From positions 1-64,000 of the IMG/VR virus record IMGVR_UViG_3300035670_000140: a stretch of DNA of 64,000 nt. One strand, given 5' to 3'. The DNA comes from a virus. This document shows positions 36,201 through 46,835 of the stretch, piece after piece. How positions within the stretch are numbered: position 1 is the stretch's first letter; each line of letters opens with the position of its first letter. A program made the position numbers and the translations under genes. A model generated the notes under the pieces. The model did not search any database, had not been told where the DNA came from, and was given only the letters and a program-made list of their open reading frames with translations.

Positions 36201-37600
36201 GAACAATATCAAAAGTTGATATAATTAATTATGGCGATGGTTATATAGTTGGTGATGTATTACAATTTAATAATATTGCTGGATCTCCCACATCAACCGC
36301 TTCTTTATCCATAGAAGCTGTATCATCAACAACTACCATAACAATAGATAAAAATTTAGGAAATATAACAGCATTAACACTAAAAACTACTGGAAGTGGT
36401 ATTAATGTTGACGATGTTTTATCAATTGATTCTAATAATATTTCTTCTTTAAATAATTCAGATATCATTATTTCTCCAGGATCTTCGTCCAGACTTTTGT
36501 CAGTTTCTGGCACTGGTGGCATCAAATTGCCAGTAGGCAATTCTACAAATAGACCAGCAGCTACTACAGCTGGTATAGTTCGTTATAACACACAGACATC
36601 TCAATACGAAGGATCCAACGGAACAAACTTTATTTCTTTAGGTGGAGTTAGAGATGTTGACGGAAATACCTATATTATTGCTGAAGAAGAAACTGGAGCT
36701 AATGATAATATTTTATATTTTTTCAATGATAACTACAACTCTGCTCGTTTAAATCGTACAGAATTAGAATTAGTAACATCTACAACTATTTCATCTAAAG
36801 ATACTGATGGTAAATTCAAATGGAAAGCAAATACAGCATATTCATTAAATGCTTTTGTTTATCATGAAACTAATCTATATCAAGTAACTACTGCTGGAAC
36901 TACTGAATCTGTTGCTCCTTCTCATACTACTGGATCAGCAACCAACGGAACTGTAACGTTAAATTACATAGGAGATACTTACGGTGATTTAACATTAAAA
37001 GCGAAAAATATTAATTTAAATGGTGGATTAACCTTAAGTTCTGCTTTGAAATTATATTCATTAAGTAACAATTTAGTATTTGAAAATAGTGACAATTCTT
37101 TTAAATTTGCTTTTGGTAATATTAGTGGCGTTCCTGATGTCGCTCTTTCAATTTCTAATGCTGGGCAATTGAGGGTTAACAAAAATTTTGATACATCAAA
37201 TCCAGAAAATAATATTAATGTAATTGATTACACAGCCAAATTTATAGAATTAGATGACGTTAAAATCCAAACTAGCGATCTCACATTAACTAGAGGAGCT
37301 ACAGATTCTGGCAATATTACTGCCTACAATCCATCAAATTCCAAAGGAGCAAAAATTATAATGGTTGCTGAAAATACCACAACTGGAGATAGTCATATTG
37401 TTGAATATAATATCATTTCTAAAGGAACTGATATATATGTTAATGAATATGGAAATTTAGATACTGGTATTGAACAATATTCGGTTGTTTGGAATTTCGA
37501 TCCTTCAAATAATATACAAGGATCTATAACTTTAAATAATTCTTTAACTGCTGGAAACGTTGTTATCATTACGTCATCAATTACTCAAATTAAGAAATAA
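33206..37600 (+). CDS. Gly-rich virion fibre/structural protein
   Basis: Repeated YTNVPLTGGSG.GA.ATIVV units; CBM-like and cupredoxin-like segments. Confidence 0.8.
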   Translation: MAVLRSVAKTDTFEIQRQKINLIAQDVYDVQTTVGEGGFSLSNGSVTSPSLFFTNQPSVGIYKGIGKSLNLASNGKGIVSFEEDFITAFQDIRSLISSIPTGTSGVTISNSGSNYNSGTYTNVPLTGGSGNSAYSTVTVSPMNGSVTSDGIRYVGGTYTNVPLTGGSGSGAQATIVVSPFGGNVSNQGSGGSTTSTFTNVALTGGGGSGLLATVVTSQLPGGSIVVSSVTITNFGSGTYAVGNILSASSGSIGGVTGFQYTLTGVGEVSSVTITNGGSGYIAGDILSASSANLGGSGTGFQYTVNKLNFVSSVEITNGGDGYVTGDVLSVRNYELYPTVIKYVKLEATQLLSFSGTYPTSGFAVNSNLTFNGQTRRIVKVFTSGPDITAVSVDATSGSIPFPGAGQTATSGGQSATVSSSSSALNYYFSDTENPNNASDWTNIPDFTFRRNERYLFIQKASSNNTHPLRFSITRDGFHTSGGVTYNGSEVNYDYVFPGAIYTIEIIPDSNTPSTLYYFCGEGITDPFNNHLDEGGFDNKEGVITVSGSITPSLGSGFQLVLGNITEEQNVLIERTGNTSIKDLTATTGLFSQNLTCQQNFSLSGDLTIGVTKLTVDSSTGDTYIDGDLEVNGELNFLNDASLGGTLYIDSINNRVSINRDPDTTPLTYDLEIDGSLYNSDNSVFSAQSGTYTRIGSGLSGTEKLQVGGSIYSSEKFLGSTAATLQNPQYSFSANTRHGIHFNDVDKETSIVSSNGKLLGFKSNQIDFYRNTNFNVTEITEINLNGGSGYTDGTYNGILLTGGTGNGAAANVIVAFSLPIGSISTVNNISAADPLKDVGIYTVYQGDYTTIGDGEYAVFEITIDGTGAASVVIIEGGRKFSIGDTVTVPGNVFTSLNILQSPQDVTFTVNSLTSNPGAGYTDATYENVPLTGGSGTGAFATIVVESGVVTEAIVTNAGTGYVVGNTLSFSHTSLQAIVNGSPITSVSPTTTASLKIEKLGTISKVDIINYGDGYIVGDVLQFNNIAGSPTSTASLSIEAVSSTTTITIDKNLGNITALTLKTTGSGINVDDVLSIDSNNISSLNNSDIIISPGSSSRLLSVSGTGGIKLPVGNSTNRPAATTAGIVRYNTQTSQYEGSNGTNFISLGGVRDVDGNTYIIAEEETGANDNILYFFNDNYNSARLNRTELELVTSTTISSKDTDGKFKWKANTAYSLNAFVYHETNLYQVTTAGTTESVAPSHTTGSATNGTVTLNYIGDTYGDLTLKAKNINLNGGLTLSSALKLYSLSNNLVFENSDNSFKFAFGNISGVPDVALSISNAGQLRVNKNFDTSNPENNINVIDYTAKFIELDDVKIQTSDLTLTRGATDSGNITAYNPSNSKGAKIIMVAENTTTGDSHIVEYNIISKGTDIYVNEYGNLDTGIEQYSVVWNFDPSNNIQGSITLNNSLTAGNVVIITSSITQIKK

Positions 37601-37605
37601 GTACC

Positions 37606-38112
37606 ATGGCAACTTCCATCAAAACTTTTAATTCAGAAGGTGGGTTTGGAATTAATCAAACCACAATTGCTGATGAAAATTTAAATTTACTAAATGTAAA
37701 TACTTTAGAAATTAAAAATTCAAATTACTTGGATGGAAGTAAAAAGAATTATATTATGAGAGGATTAAACAGTGGTGTTTTAACCTTAGATAATTTGGCG
37801 CCAATTTCTTTAGTATCAAATACCATTAATTTTATAACCGCTCATATTGTGGCAGTAAATCCCAATGGTTCTGGTAACTATTCTTTAAAAATAGAATCTA
37901 CTGTTTCTTGTAGTTCTTCTGGAGATGTCCAAGTTTTATCAGAACTAACTACAATTTTAAAAGATAGTATTCCCACTGGACAGACATGGACCGTATCTAC
38001 ATATGATACAGGAACAGCAAATCAATTTAGTTATTCCACTAATAGAGGTGGTACTACAGATACAATCAAATGGATCTCATCCGTAGAGATTACTTCTGCT
38101 ATCTGGGTATAA
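37606..38112 (+). CDS. Virion structural protein
   Basis: 168-aa beta-rich ORF within the fibre cluster. Confidence 0.7.
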   Translation: MATSIKTFNSEGGFGINQTTIADENLNLLNVNTLEIKNSNYLDGSKKNYIMRGLNSGVLTLDNLAPISLVSNTINFITAHIVAVNPNGSGNYSLKIESTVSCSSSGDVQVLSELTTILKDSIPTGQTWTVSTYDTGTANQFSYSTNRGGTTDTIKWISSVEITSAIWV

Positions 38113-38117
38113 AGAGA

Positions 38118-38125
38118 ACTAAATA
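38118..38125 (+). promoter_or_regulatory. Late promoter
   Basis: ACTAAATA upstream of ATG38155. Confidence 0.55.
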
Positions 38126-38154
38126 CATTAAGAATAAAAATAGTAGTTTGACAA

Positions 38155-41100
38155 ATGAGTTTAGAATTTAATGCTGATAAGCAAATAATTAAAGGTTCTA
38201 ATCCATCTATTATTGGATCTAGCGAGTTTTCTGTTAGATCTGGAACAGGAGCAAATGAAAAGGAAGTAATCCGCGCTATTCTAGACTCATCTACAAATCT
38301 TCCTAGAGTTGGCATTAATAGAACAGGAAGAAGAATTGAAAGAATTGAAATAAATCAAAACCAAGGCGGAACTGGTTATACAGTAACACCTTCTGTTTTG
38401 ATTGATCCACCAACTTTATCTGGTGGCGTACAAGCATTAGCATCAGCTGTTGTTGTAAATGGTTCTGTTGTTGCTATTATCGTAGACAATCCAGGAGATG
38501 GATATGCTACTGCTCCTTCTATTACAATTTCTGGAGGAAACGGTGCTGGGGCAGCTGCTACTGCTTTTCTAGATACGGTTGATTTTGAACTAGACATCAA
38601 TGGTGCTATCAGAACATCTACTTCTATCATTTCGGATACTGCTAGAATTCTAAACCTGGATATTGAAAATTTTGTTACCCCAGACGCCAATTTTAGGGGC
38701 CCAAACTTAAAAACCTGGGCAAATAATACTGGTATTCCATGGGCTCCTAGTGTTTCTTTACAAGTAAATGATTACAGATATTTTGGGCAAAATCTCTATC
38801 AAGTATTAGAATCTGGAATTACTGGCACTACTGGACCAATCCATACAGATGGACAGGCATTAAATGGCACAGTTTTACTAAAACATATTGGTTATAGAGT
38901 CAGTGATGTAAATCTTCCACACTATAATCAAACAGGAGATTCTGGCGTTTTCCCTAGATCTATTACTCCACTTCTAGGAGATAGATCCGATAAAATTGCC
39001 ACCACTGAATATGTATTAAATCTTGCTACTAATGATGTTGGTGGTCGTGTATATGTTTCACAGAGCATTGGTGATGATCAAAATGACGGTAGATCCGCTG
39101 CTGCTCCTGTAAGAACTATTAAGAGAGCATGTCAAATTGCTTCTCAAACAAAAGGTGTAAAAGAGACTGTTGTTATTTCTGGTGGAGATTATGTAGAAGA
39201 TAATCCAATTTCAATTCCACCAGATTGTTCTATTGTTGGTGATAACTTACGTCTAGTTATCGTAAGACCAGCAAATCCCAAAAAACACATGTTTAAATTT
39301 GGGGATAAAAATTATGTAACTGGTGTCACATTTAGAGATCAAATTGACTCAGCTGGAGATCCCGTTGCTACGTGGGATTTTGCTATGGTATTTGACGATC
39401 GTCAAAGAATTTATTATGATGTAACATCTGGCGGTGATTTTGGTAGAGATTTTTCAATTGGTCATCAAATATTTGGTCCACCAAGAATTAGAGTTAGATT
39501 CCAAACTAATACTGGTTTAGATGCTTTATCAGTAGGGGAGTCTGTAAGAGGTATTAACACTGGTGCTACTGGTATTGTAAGTGCTGTTACATTCGATACA
39601 ACAACTGGTCCACAGGCATATGTAAATGGTACTATTGATGTAGATGTTACTGGAGGATCATTTAATAATGGCGAAACATTCCAATATGAAATAGGTACAG
39701 CACCAAACATTGATACATACGAATTTGTATCTGTAGAGATCACTTCAATTAGGGCAGAAGGAGAAGTAGTTGATACTGGAACAGATTTATCAACTGCTCT
39801 TCCAATTTCTAGAATTGACTTTTCCCAACAAGGAACTCCATTAGTAACTGAAGGTGGATTTGGTTATGATGGTAATCCAGAAGATTTGGGCGGAATTATT
39901 TTATATACAAACATTCTTTTAGGAAGACAAAATATTCACGACTTTAAAGAAGGTCAAGAAATTTTGATTTCTGGAATGCCAACATCTTCGCCAGATTTGT
40001 CATTCTTGAATGGAAAAACTAGAATTTACAAAGTCTTGGACGACGCTGATGGTAGATCGAGAAGATTTGTAATACCAAAAAAAGTAGCACTAACAGATTC
40101 TAATTTTATTCCACCATCTGTTGCTAGTGTTAGATCATATTCTTACTATGTTACTTTAACATTACTAAATTCCCCAAATAAATTTGATGTTGCTTCTTCT
40201 ATTAGTAGAAGATTTCAAGATGCTTGTAATTTAATACGAAACAATATCGATTTTATTGTTGACGAAGCATACTTACAAATATTAGCAGAGTTTTCTAACT
40301 TCACTCCGCCAAATGTTTCTAAATGTCGTAGAGATATTGGACATTTTTTAAATGCTATTATTCGTGATCTAGAGTATGGTAGCAATTATAACGTAATTGA
40401 AGCAGCAAAATACTACGTAGAAAATACTACACAAATTGGATACGTAGATAATGAAATTACTGAGACTGTAAGAGCTTTTGATATTGCTAGAAGATTAGCA
40501 ATCATTGCTATGAGAAATTGGAGAACTGGTAATGGAACAATTTCTGATCCAATTTATACGCCAGTATATTCATCATTACAAAGATTTTTCGATAATACAG
40601 TAATTACAACGACAGCTGGATCTCCAGCTTGTGCTGATGTAGCAAGTGCTATCGATACTCTTGGTTATTTGTTTGTAACTGTACTCACCAATAATACTGC
40701 TGATAGATTTTTAGATGCTTCATATTTAATTGCTCGTAATGACGATTTTATTGCTTCTGAGGCTTTAGGATATACCAAAGCAACATATCCATCCCTTGGT
40801 TTATCTGTTCCAGATGAGACTAAGTGTAAAAGAGATATTAAGTATATTTTAGATGCTTTAAGAAGAGATTTATCTTTAGGTGGTAATGCTGGCATTGTGA
40901 CTGCTGCCGAAGCATACTTCACGGGAGCACAATTAACAGGAATTCCTACTTCAGAACTTGCTGCTACTAGATTTGCTTTCCAAAAAGCAAAAGATCTGGC
41001 AATTCTTGCTATGAGAAATTGGAAGACTGGCGACGGAACTGGTCCTACTTATACGAGAGTTTATGAGACTACAATTTCCCTATTTACAGATAGTACGATT

Positions 41101-44100
41101 ACTATCGATCCATCCACACCAATCTGTGCTAACGTAGCAGCTGCTATAACTACATCATTTACATTATTAGACGATATATTGGCAGGAACAATTCTTCCAG
41201 GTGCCACAACGAAGACATATGGAACTCTTTATAATCCAACAATTACATATCCAGATAATACAATTTATGATGCTGATAACAAAAGAGTAACGCCAAGAGT
41301 TACCTGGGACGAACTTCCTTATATTGAAGCATCTCCGTATACACAAAACTCTTCAATTATTTCATTCTTGGGAGGTAGTGGTGCTCTTGTTGATGGTAGT
41401 AAAGTTGCTCAACCAAACTGTCCATTCCCTGGTCTAGAACCAGATGGATCTGCTACTTATCCAAACCAAGGTAAATCAATGGTTGCTTCGGCATTCACCA
41501 TTGTTTCTTTTGGAGGTATTGGTTATAAAGTTGTTAATGATGGATATACTCAGTTAGTTTCTGTATTTGTTATCTTCTGTGCTGATGGCGTTCTTGCCGA
41601 AAGTGGTGGTTATGCTTCTATCACAAACTCAGCTACTAACTTCGGTATCTATGCGCTGAGAGCAAGAGGTTATAACAACTTTGCTTATTCCTTCGACATT
41701 GGAACAATTACTAATGTTTCCACAACACCGACTGGAAGAACTATCTTCACAATTGATGGTCTTGGTAGAGAACCATTAGAACATTATATTGTTAAAATTG
41801 ATGGTTACAGTAATGTAAATCCAGATATAGAATATTATATTGAAACTGTTGGTGCTGTTACTGTCGGTCCTCCTTTCTCTGCTCAGGTAACGCTCGAATC
41901 TGGAACTGGCGGTGGAGCAGAATTTATTAAAGATGCAACTGGTCAGGCGGTTTCGACTTCAATTGGAGAATTTTCTGGTAAAACTATCAGACTACACAGA
42001 CCATCTATTGTTAACTCTTCATCACATACTTGGGAATTCGCTGGGTCTGGCACCAACTATAATGCTCTTCCAGAAAATGGTGGAGTTAAAGTAGAGGCAT
42101 ACGAGCAAGTAAATGAAGATTATGGAAGAGTTTACGTATCAGGTACAGACGAACTAGGTGACTTCAAAGTTGGTACTTTTGCTAAAATTGAAAACAGAAC
42201 TGGTGCTATTACATTCACTGGTACAGTTACTATTTCAGAAGTTGAATTCCTCAAACTAAAAGGTGGCGATGTTGTTGTTACTGGATTTGATGCCTCCAAT
42301 ACTCTTGGTGGTGCTAACTCAACTGACTCCAAACTACCAACTCAGAAAGCAGTTAAAGATTATATAACAAATAATCTTGGTCCTTATATCAACAAACCTT
42401 ATTCAACAAACGCTGTTCCAAGAGCTCTCGTTGAACTAACAGATTCTGGTAAAATTTCTATTGATCAGATTCCTGCTCTACGTCCATTCAATGTTTATAC
42501 TGTACCAAACCAAGCAGCGAGACTATCTATTGAAGGTGCTCTGGCTGGTGACATTGCTATTCAGCAAGATACAAATCAATCTTTTATTCTGAATAATGAT
42601 TTAACTAGTCTATTTGCTACATTCCCTGTAGATACAGATTTAGTATTCAATACTGGAGATATTTTTACTGGCACACCTTCAACTGGTCAAATACAATCAA
42701 CTGAGTATAGACAAGGTGTTGTTTATACGATTAATATTACAAATCCAGGTTCTGGTTACACTGCCCCACCAACGATTACTATTTCTGGTGGAAATCCACA
42801 GGTAGGTGCTGTATCGGCAACCGCTACTTGTACGATTGCCAACGGACAAGTAGTAACAGTTACTATTACTGAGTTTAATGGATATCTCGGTGGTAAAGGA
42901 TACACAACACCACCAACAGTAACATTTAGTGCTCCTGGTGGCGCTGGTATTACGGCGACAGGTGCTGCTCTAATTGAGAGCAGATTATATGGCAGTATTG
43001 TCAATAACATCAAAATTTTAGATACTGATACAATTCAGTCAAGTAATTCTCCAGCAGAAACTGTAGATGTTAGTAGAGTAGTTAATACATCTTCTTCAGT
43101 AAACGGTAACTGGGTATCTCTATCCACTACTCAAATTGCTGCTTCTGATATTACATCTGGAGTTATTGATACTAGCAGACTAGCATTTAACTCTGCTGCT
43201 GCCAACTCATTCACATTCTTGAGAGGTGATAAATCATATGCTCCAGTTGTTCAGTCTCTAAAAGGAGCTGAGAATAGATATTTTGCTATTCTAGCACAAC
43301 AAGCAAATATAGGATCAAGTCAACTAGTATTTACTACTAACTCAAATACATTAAAAGGTCATGAAGTTGTAAACAATGTAACTGGAATTGCTGCTAACAC
43401 AAATATTACTGGTGTAGTAACTGCTGCTGGTCTCACCACAATTCAAATTAATAATCCATTGACATCTGCCATAACAGCAGGAACTGTTATTGAATTTAGA
43501 AGAGGATCTTCACCACTGATATTCGAATCTTCTTACACTCAAGGAAACTTTGTAGATTCGATTATTATCGTAAATGGAGGAAGTGGTTTTACGAATGGTC
43601 AATATTTCGATGTAAGTTTATCTGGTGGATCTGGATCTGGATTAAAAGCAAACATCATTGTTTCTAGTAATGCTGTAACAGAAATTCTTGTTACTAGTGG
43701 TGGCAGTAACTACACAGGCGATTTTAATATCACTTTATCCCCAACAGAAATTGGTGGTGGTGCTGGTCTAGTTCTAGCAGCAAAAATTAGTACAGTTAAT
43801 AGAAACTATGCCAACACTTCTATTGATATCAATCGAGTTACAGATCAAACTATTTCAGCCGACCCATTTGGAACAGTTGGTGTAGGAAGATTCCTCAAGT
43901 CACAGTTCTTCTTGGGAGATGCTGGTAATGGATCTATACAACTTAAAACTGGTGCTGATAGCGGATTGGACGCTGACCTACTCGATGGAGCACAGGGTTC
44001 CTATTACTTGAACGCCAGCAACTTAAATTCTGGCACAGTATCCGTAGATCGCTTATCTGGTACTTACAACATTAGTATTTCTGGTCAATCTGGTAATACT

Positions 44101-46164
44101 TTACGTTTGATTACGTCAACTAATAACCCAACATCTTCTCCATCTCCAAGTGCTTTCTCAGCTGGTATTATTGCTGACACAAGAAATAACACAGCAGATA
44201 GTTTAAGTGATGGAGGAACTCGTCACTTAGTAATGACGCTTAGAAACTTTGGTTCTGGTCTCGATGCCACAGGGGGCGGAGTAAGACAATTAGCGTTTAC
44301 CGACAACGATAACTTATGGATTCGTGGTTCTGGATCCACACTAGATGAATTCGGAACTTGGGCTAAAGTTTGGACATCACTCAATGATGGTACTGGTAGT
44401 GGACTTGATGCTGATAGGTTAGCAGGTAGAAGAGGTGTATGGTATCAAAATGCTTTAAACATCAACTATGGTTTATTAAGTGACAACAGGATACCAACAT
44501 ACTTAACTGCCAAGACATTTAATAATTCTGTAAAAATTAATACAACTACTAGTAATCCAAGATATAGAATTTATATTTCTGGTCAATTATTAACTGTTTC
44601 TCCTTTCCTTGCTGGTTTAACTGTAAACTTATACAATTCAAACTCACAGGGCGTTGGAACTATTTTAATCACAAATGTAGAAACATTTGATGATACAAAC
44701 GATAATGCTAATGACTATACTATTATTACTGGATCTCTACAAACAGGTACTTTTACTGGTGCTCTGACTATTGGTACTGCTAGCAATAGAGTAGAATTCC
44801 AAGATTACAGTTTAGATATCACTGGTTCATTTGAAACAGCAGAACTCTTTAGTGATACTGGAACAGCCAAGTTAAGACTTGGTAGAAAAGATGGCAATGC
44901 TTCATCTCCTGGCATTTTCTTCAATAGCAGTTCAGCAGCAGCAGATTTTAATGCTTCTATTGTAGCTTCTGGTGGTAATGGTACAACTGGAAGTGGATCA
45001 TTAAACGTTACAGTTGGATCTGTAAACAGTCTTACTGTTAACAACAATATTGTTTGGAATGCTGGTAACGTAACTTTTGCTTCAAATAATGTTGCTAGTA
45101 CAGCAGTTCTTCGTGATGCTTCTGGTAACTTCTCTGCTGGTACAATCACTGCTAGTGTGACTGGTGCTGCTTCCTTAAACGTATTGAAAGCAGGTGATTC
45201 AATGACAGGTGCTTTAAGCATTAATACTACTGGAGCAGCAGCAGACACTAATTACGAATTACAATTGTCAGGTTCTGCTGGTGGATGGGTTCAATTCCAT
45301 AACAGATTAAGTGGAGGAGCTTGGAACCCATTAGTATCTACAGATGATAAAGGTATTATATTTACTAATGCTGCTGGAGCAGAACCAGGCACTTCTACTG
45401 GTAGATTTATTATTGCTCCTTGGTCAAATACAAGTGGTGGATTAGTTGTTTGGAATAATGGTAATGTAGGCATTAAGAGAAATAATCCGCTCATGCCGCT
45501 TGATGTTGGTCCTTCAGCGGGTCCATTCCAATCGGTAGCCAGATTTGGTAACAGCGGAAATGATATTATTTTAACCCAAGGTAATGCCATAATTTCACAT
45601 AATTGTTATTTTAATGGGGGGTGGATTACTACAGGTGCTGGCGGTGGATGTTTATTAGATCTACAAGGTGGTAGATTCTTATTCCAAACTACAAATACTA
45701 CTTCATTAGCAGCAGGAGCTACTCCATCATTTAGCAAAACACCACTATCAATTTATAATTCTGGTAGAGTAACTGTCAATACAGGTACAGAAAATACTTC
45801 ATATGATCTGTATGTAAATGGTAGCTTTGGTGCTATTTCTAAGTCGTTCGTTATTCCCCACCCATCCAAAGAAAATTATGAATTACGTTATGGTTCATTG
45901 GAAGGACCAGAGCACGGTGTATATGTTCGTGGTAAGTCATCTGATGTTATTGAGTTACCTGATTATTGGACTGCTCTTGTCGATGAAAATACCATTACCG
46001 TTCAACTCACACCAATCGGAAACCATACATCATGGGTAGATAAGATTGAAGATAACAAGGTCTTCATTGGTGGCGGTGAGGCATTCTACTTCGTTCAGGC
46101 AATGCGTAAGGATATTGATAAGTTAGAGGTTGAAGTTGAGTTACTTGTACAGGAGGAAGAGTGA
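38155..46164 (+). CDS. Giant tail fibre-like protein
   Basis: GSGLDADLLDG fibre motifs; C-terminal KSFVIPHP...LRYGSLEGPE chaperone-type domain; two CxRD helical repeats. Confidence 0.82.
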   Translation: MSLEFNADKQIIKGSNPSIIGSSEFSVRSGTGANEKEVIRAILDSSTNLPRVGINRTGRRIERIEINQNQGGTGYTVTPSVLIDPPTLSGGVQALASAVVVNGSVVAIIVDNPGDGYATAPSITISGGNGAGAAATAFLDTVDFELDINGAIRTSTSIISDTARILNLDIENFVTPDANFRGPNLKTWANNTGIPWAPSVSLQVNDYRYFGQNLYQVLESGITGTTGPIHTDGQALNGTVLLKHIGYRVSDVNLPHYNQTGDSGVFPRSITPLLGDRSDKIATTEYVLNLATNDVGGRVYVSQSIGDDQNDGRSAAAPVRTIKRACQIASQTKGVKETVVISGGDYVEDNPISIPPDCSIVGDNLRLVIVRPANPKKHMFKFGDKNYVTGVTFRDQIDSAGDPVATWDFAMVFDDRQRIYYDVTSGGDFGRDFSIGHQIFGPPRIRVRFQTNTGLDALSVGESVRGINTGATGIVSAVTFDTTTGPQAYVNGTIDVDVTGGSFNNGETFQYEIGTAPNIDTYEFVSVEITSIRAEGEVVDTGTDLSTALPISRIDFSQQGTPLVTEGGFGYDGNPEDLGGIILYTNILLGRQNIHDFKEGQEILISGMPTSSPDLSFLNGKTRIYKVLDDADGRSRRFVIPKKVALTDSNFIPPSVASVRSYSYYVTLTLLNSPNKFDVASSISRRFQDACNLIRNNIDFIVDEAYLQILAEFSNFTPPNVSKCRRDIGHFLNAIIRDLEYGSNYNVIEAAKYYVENTTQIGYVDNEITETVRAFDIARRLAIIAMRNWRTGNGTISDPIYTPVYSSLQRFFDNTVITTTAGSPACADVASAIDTLGYLFVTVLTNNTADRFLDASYLIARNDDFIASEALGYTKATYPSLGLSVPDETKCKRDIKYILDALRRDLSLGGNAGIVTAAEAYFTGAQLTGIPTSELAATRFAFQKAKDLAILAMRNWKTGDGTGPTYTRVYETTISLFTDSTITIDPSTPICANVAAAITTSFTLLDDILAGTILPGATTKTYGTLYNPTITYPDNTIYDADNKRVTPRVTWDELPYIEASPYTQNSSIISFLGGSGALVDGSKVAQPNCPFPGLEPDGSATYPNQGKSMVASAFTIVSFGGIGYKVVNDGYTQLVSVFVIFCADGVLAESGGYASITNSATNFGIYALRARGYNNFAYSFDIGTITNVSTTPTGRTIFTIDGLGREPLEHYIVKIDGYSNVNPDIEYYIETVGAVTVGPPFSAQVTLESGTGGGAEFIKDATGQAVSTSIGEFSGKTIRLHRPSIVNSSSHTWEFAGSGTNYNALPENGGVKVEAYEQVNEDYGRVYVSGTDELGDFKVGTFAKIENRTGAITFTGTVTISEVEFLKLKGGDVVVTGFDASNTLGGANSTDSKLPTQKAVKDYITNNLGPYINKPYSTNAVPRALVELTDSGKISIDQIPALRPFNVYTVPNQAARLSIEGALAGDIAIQQDTNQSFILNNDLTSLFATFPVDTDLVFNTGDIFTGTPSTGQIQSTEYRQGVVYTINITNPGSGYTAPPTITISGGNPQVGAVSATATCTIANGQVVTVTITEFNGYLGGKGYTTPPTVTFSAPGGAGITATGAALIESRLYGSIVNNIKILDTDTIQSSNSPAETVDVSRVVNTSSSVNGNWVSLSTTQIAASDITSGVIDTSRLAFNSAAANSFTFLRGDKSYAPVVQSLKGAENRYFAILAQQANIGSSQLVFTTNSNTLKGHEVVNNVTGIAANTNITGVVTAAGLTTIQINNPLTSAITAGTVIEFRRGSSPLIFESSYTQGNFVDSIIIVNGGSGFTNGQYFDVSLSGGSGSGLKANIIVSSNAVTEILVTSGGSNYTGDFNITLSPTEIGGGAGLVLAAKISTVNRNYANTSIDINRVTDQTISADPFGTVGVGRFLKSQFFLGDAGNGSIQLKTGADSGLDADLLDGAQGSYYLNASNLNSGTVSVDRLSGTYNISISGQSGNTLRLITSTNNPTSSPSPSAFSAGIIADTRNNTADSLSDGGTRHLVMTLRNFGSGLDATGGGVRQLAFTDNDNLWIRGSGSTLDEFGTWAKVWTSLNDGTGSGLDADRLAGRRGVWYQNALNINYGLLSDNRIPTYLTAKTFNNSVKINTTTSNPRYRIYISGQLLTVSPFLAGLTVNLYNSNSQGVGTILITNVETFDDTNDNANDYTIITGSLQTGTFTGALTIGTASNRVEFQDYSLDITGSFETAELFSDTGTAKLRLGRKDGNASSPGIFFNSSSAAADFNASIVASGGNGTTGSGSLNVTVGSVNSLTVNNNIVWNAGNVTFASNNVASTAVLRDASGNFSAGTITASVTGAASLNVLKAGDSMTGALSINTTGAAADTNYELQLSGSAGGWVQFHNRLSGGAWNPLVSTDDKGIIFTNAAGAEPGTSTGRFIIAPWSNTSGGLVVWNNGNVGIKRNNPLMPLDVGPSAGPFQSVARFGNSGNDIILTQGNAIISHNCYFNGGWITTGAGGGCLLDLQGGRFLFQTTNTTSLAAGATPSFSKTPLSIYNSGRVTVNTGTENTSYDLYVNGSFGAISKSFVIPHPSKENYELRYGSLEGPEHGVYVRGKSSDVIELPDYWTALVDENTITVQLTPIGNHTSWVDKIEDNKVFIGGGEAFYFVQAMRKDIDKLEVEVELLVQEEE

Positions 46165-46835
46165 TGGCTATAGGTTATGGAAATACACTGCCAGGTTTAG
46201 ATAATATAGTTCTTTGTGTTGATGCAGCAAATCCACAAATTTATGTGGCTGGAAATACTACATTTACTTTAAACAGTGGTCTTTCTGCTCCATCAAATGG
46301 TTATTTTACTTTTGATGGAGCAGACGATAGCATTGGAGTACAAACACAATATTTAAATACTTCATATACTGGGAAAACTATAATTGTTGCTGCTTGGATG
46401 GATTCTGATGTTATTTTTACATCAAGTTATTATAGAGCTATGATAGGTAGTATTGGAGATAGGAATGTTAACTTTTACATTAGAACTAGAGGACCAAATC
46501 CAAATGAATATGATTTACATTTTAGCACAGGACCTTCTGGTGCTTATTACGGAACCTTAAGTGCTGGTATCACTTTAAATACTCAGCAATGGTATATTTT
46601 TGCAATCACACAATCCTCATCAGATGGTGCCCATAATTATTATATGAATGGATCTTTAATATCAACAAGTCCTTCTACTTGGTATTCTTATGGTCAGAAT
46701 TCCACAGAATTTTTGGGAAGAGCTGACAACTTTTGGAAGGGTAGAATTGGTTATTGGTATGTTTACAATAAAGCTTTTACTACCCAAGAAATTAAAACTC
46801 ATTACGATTTAACCAAAGGGAGGTTTGGACTCTAA
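46164..46835 (+). CDS. Concanavalin A/LamG-like lectin-domain protein
   Basis: FTFDGADD; YMNG; VYNKAFTTQEIK...KGRFGL. Confidence 0.75.
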   Translation: MAIGYGNTLPGLDNIVLCVDAANPQIYVAGNTTFTLNSGLSAPSNGYFTFDGADDSIGVQTQYLNTSYTGKTIIVAAWMDSDVIFTSSYYRAMIGSIGDRNVNFYIRTRGPNPNEYDLHFSTGPSGAYYGTLSAGITLNTQQWYIFAITQSSSDGAHNYYMNGSLISTSPSTWYSYGQNSTEFLGRADNFWKGRIGYWYVYNKAFTTQEIKTHYDLTKGRFGL

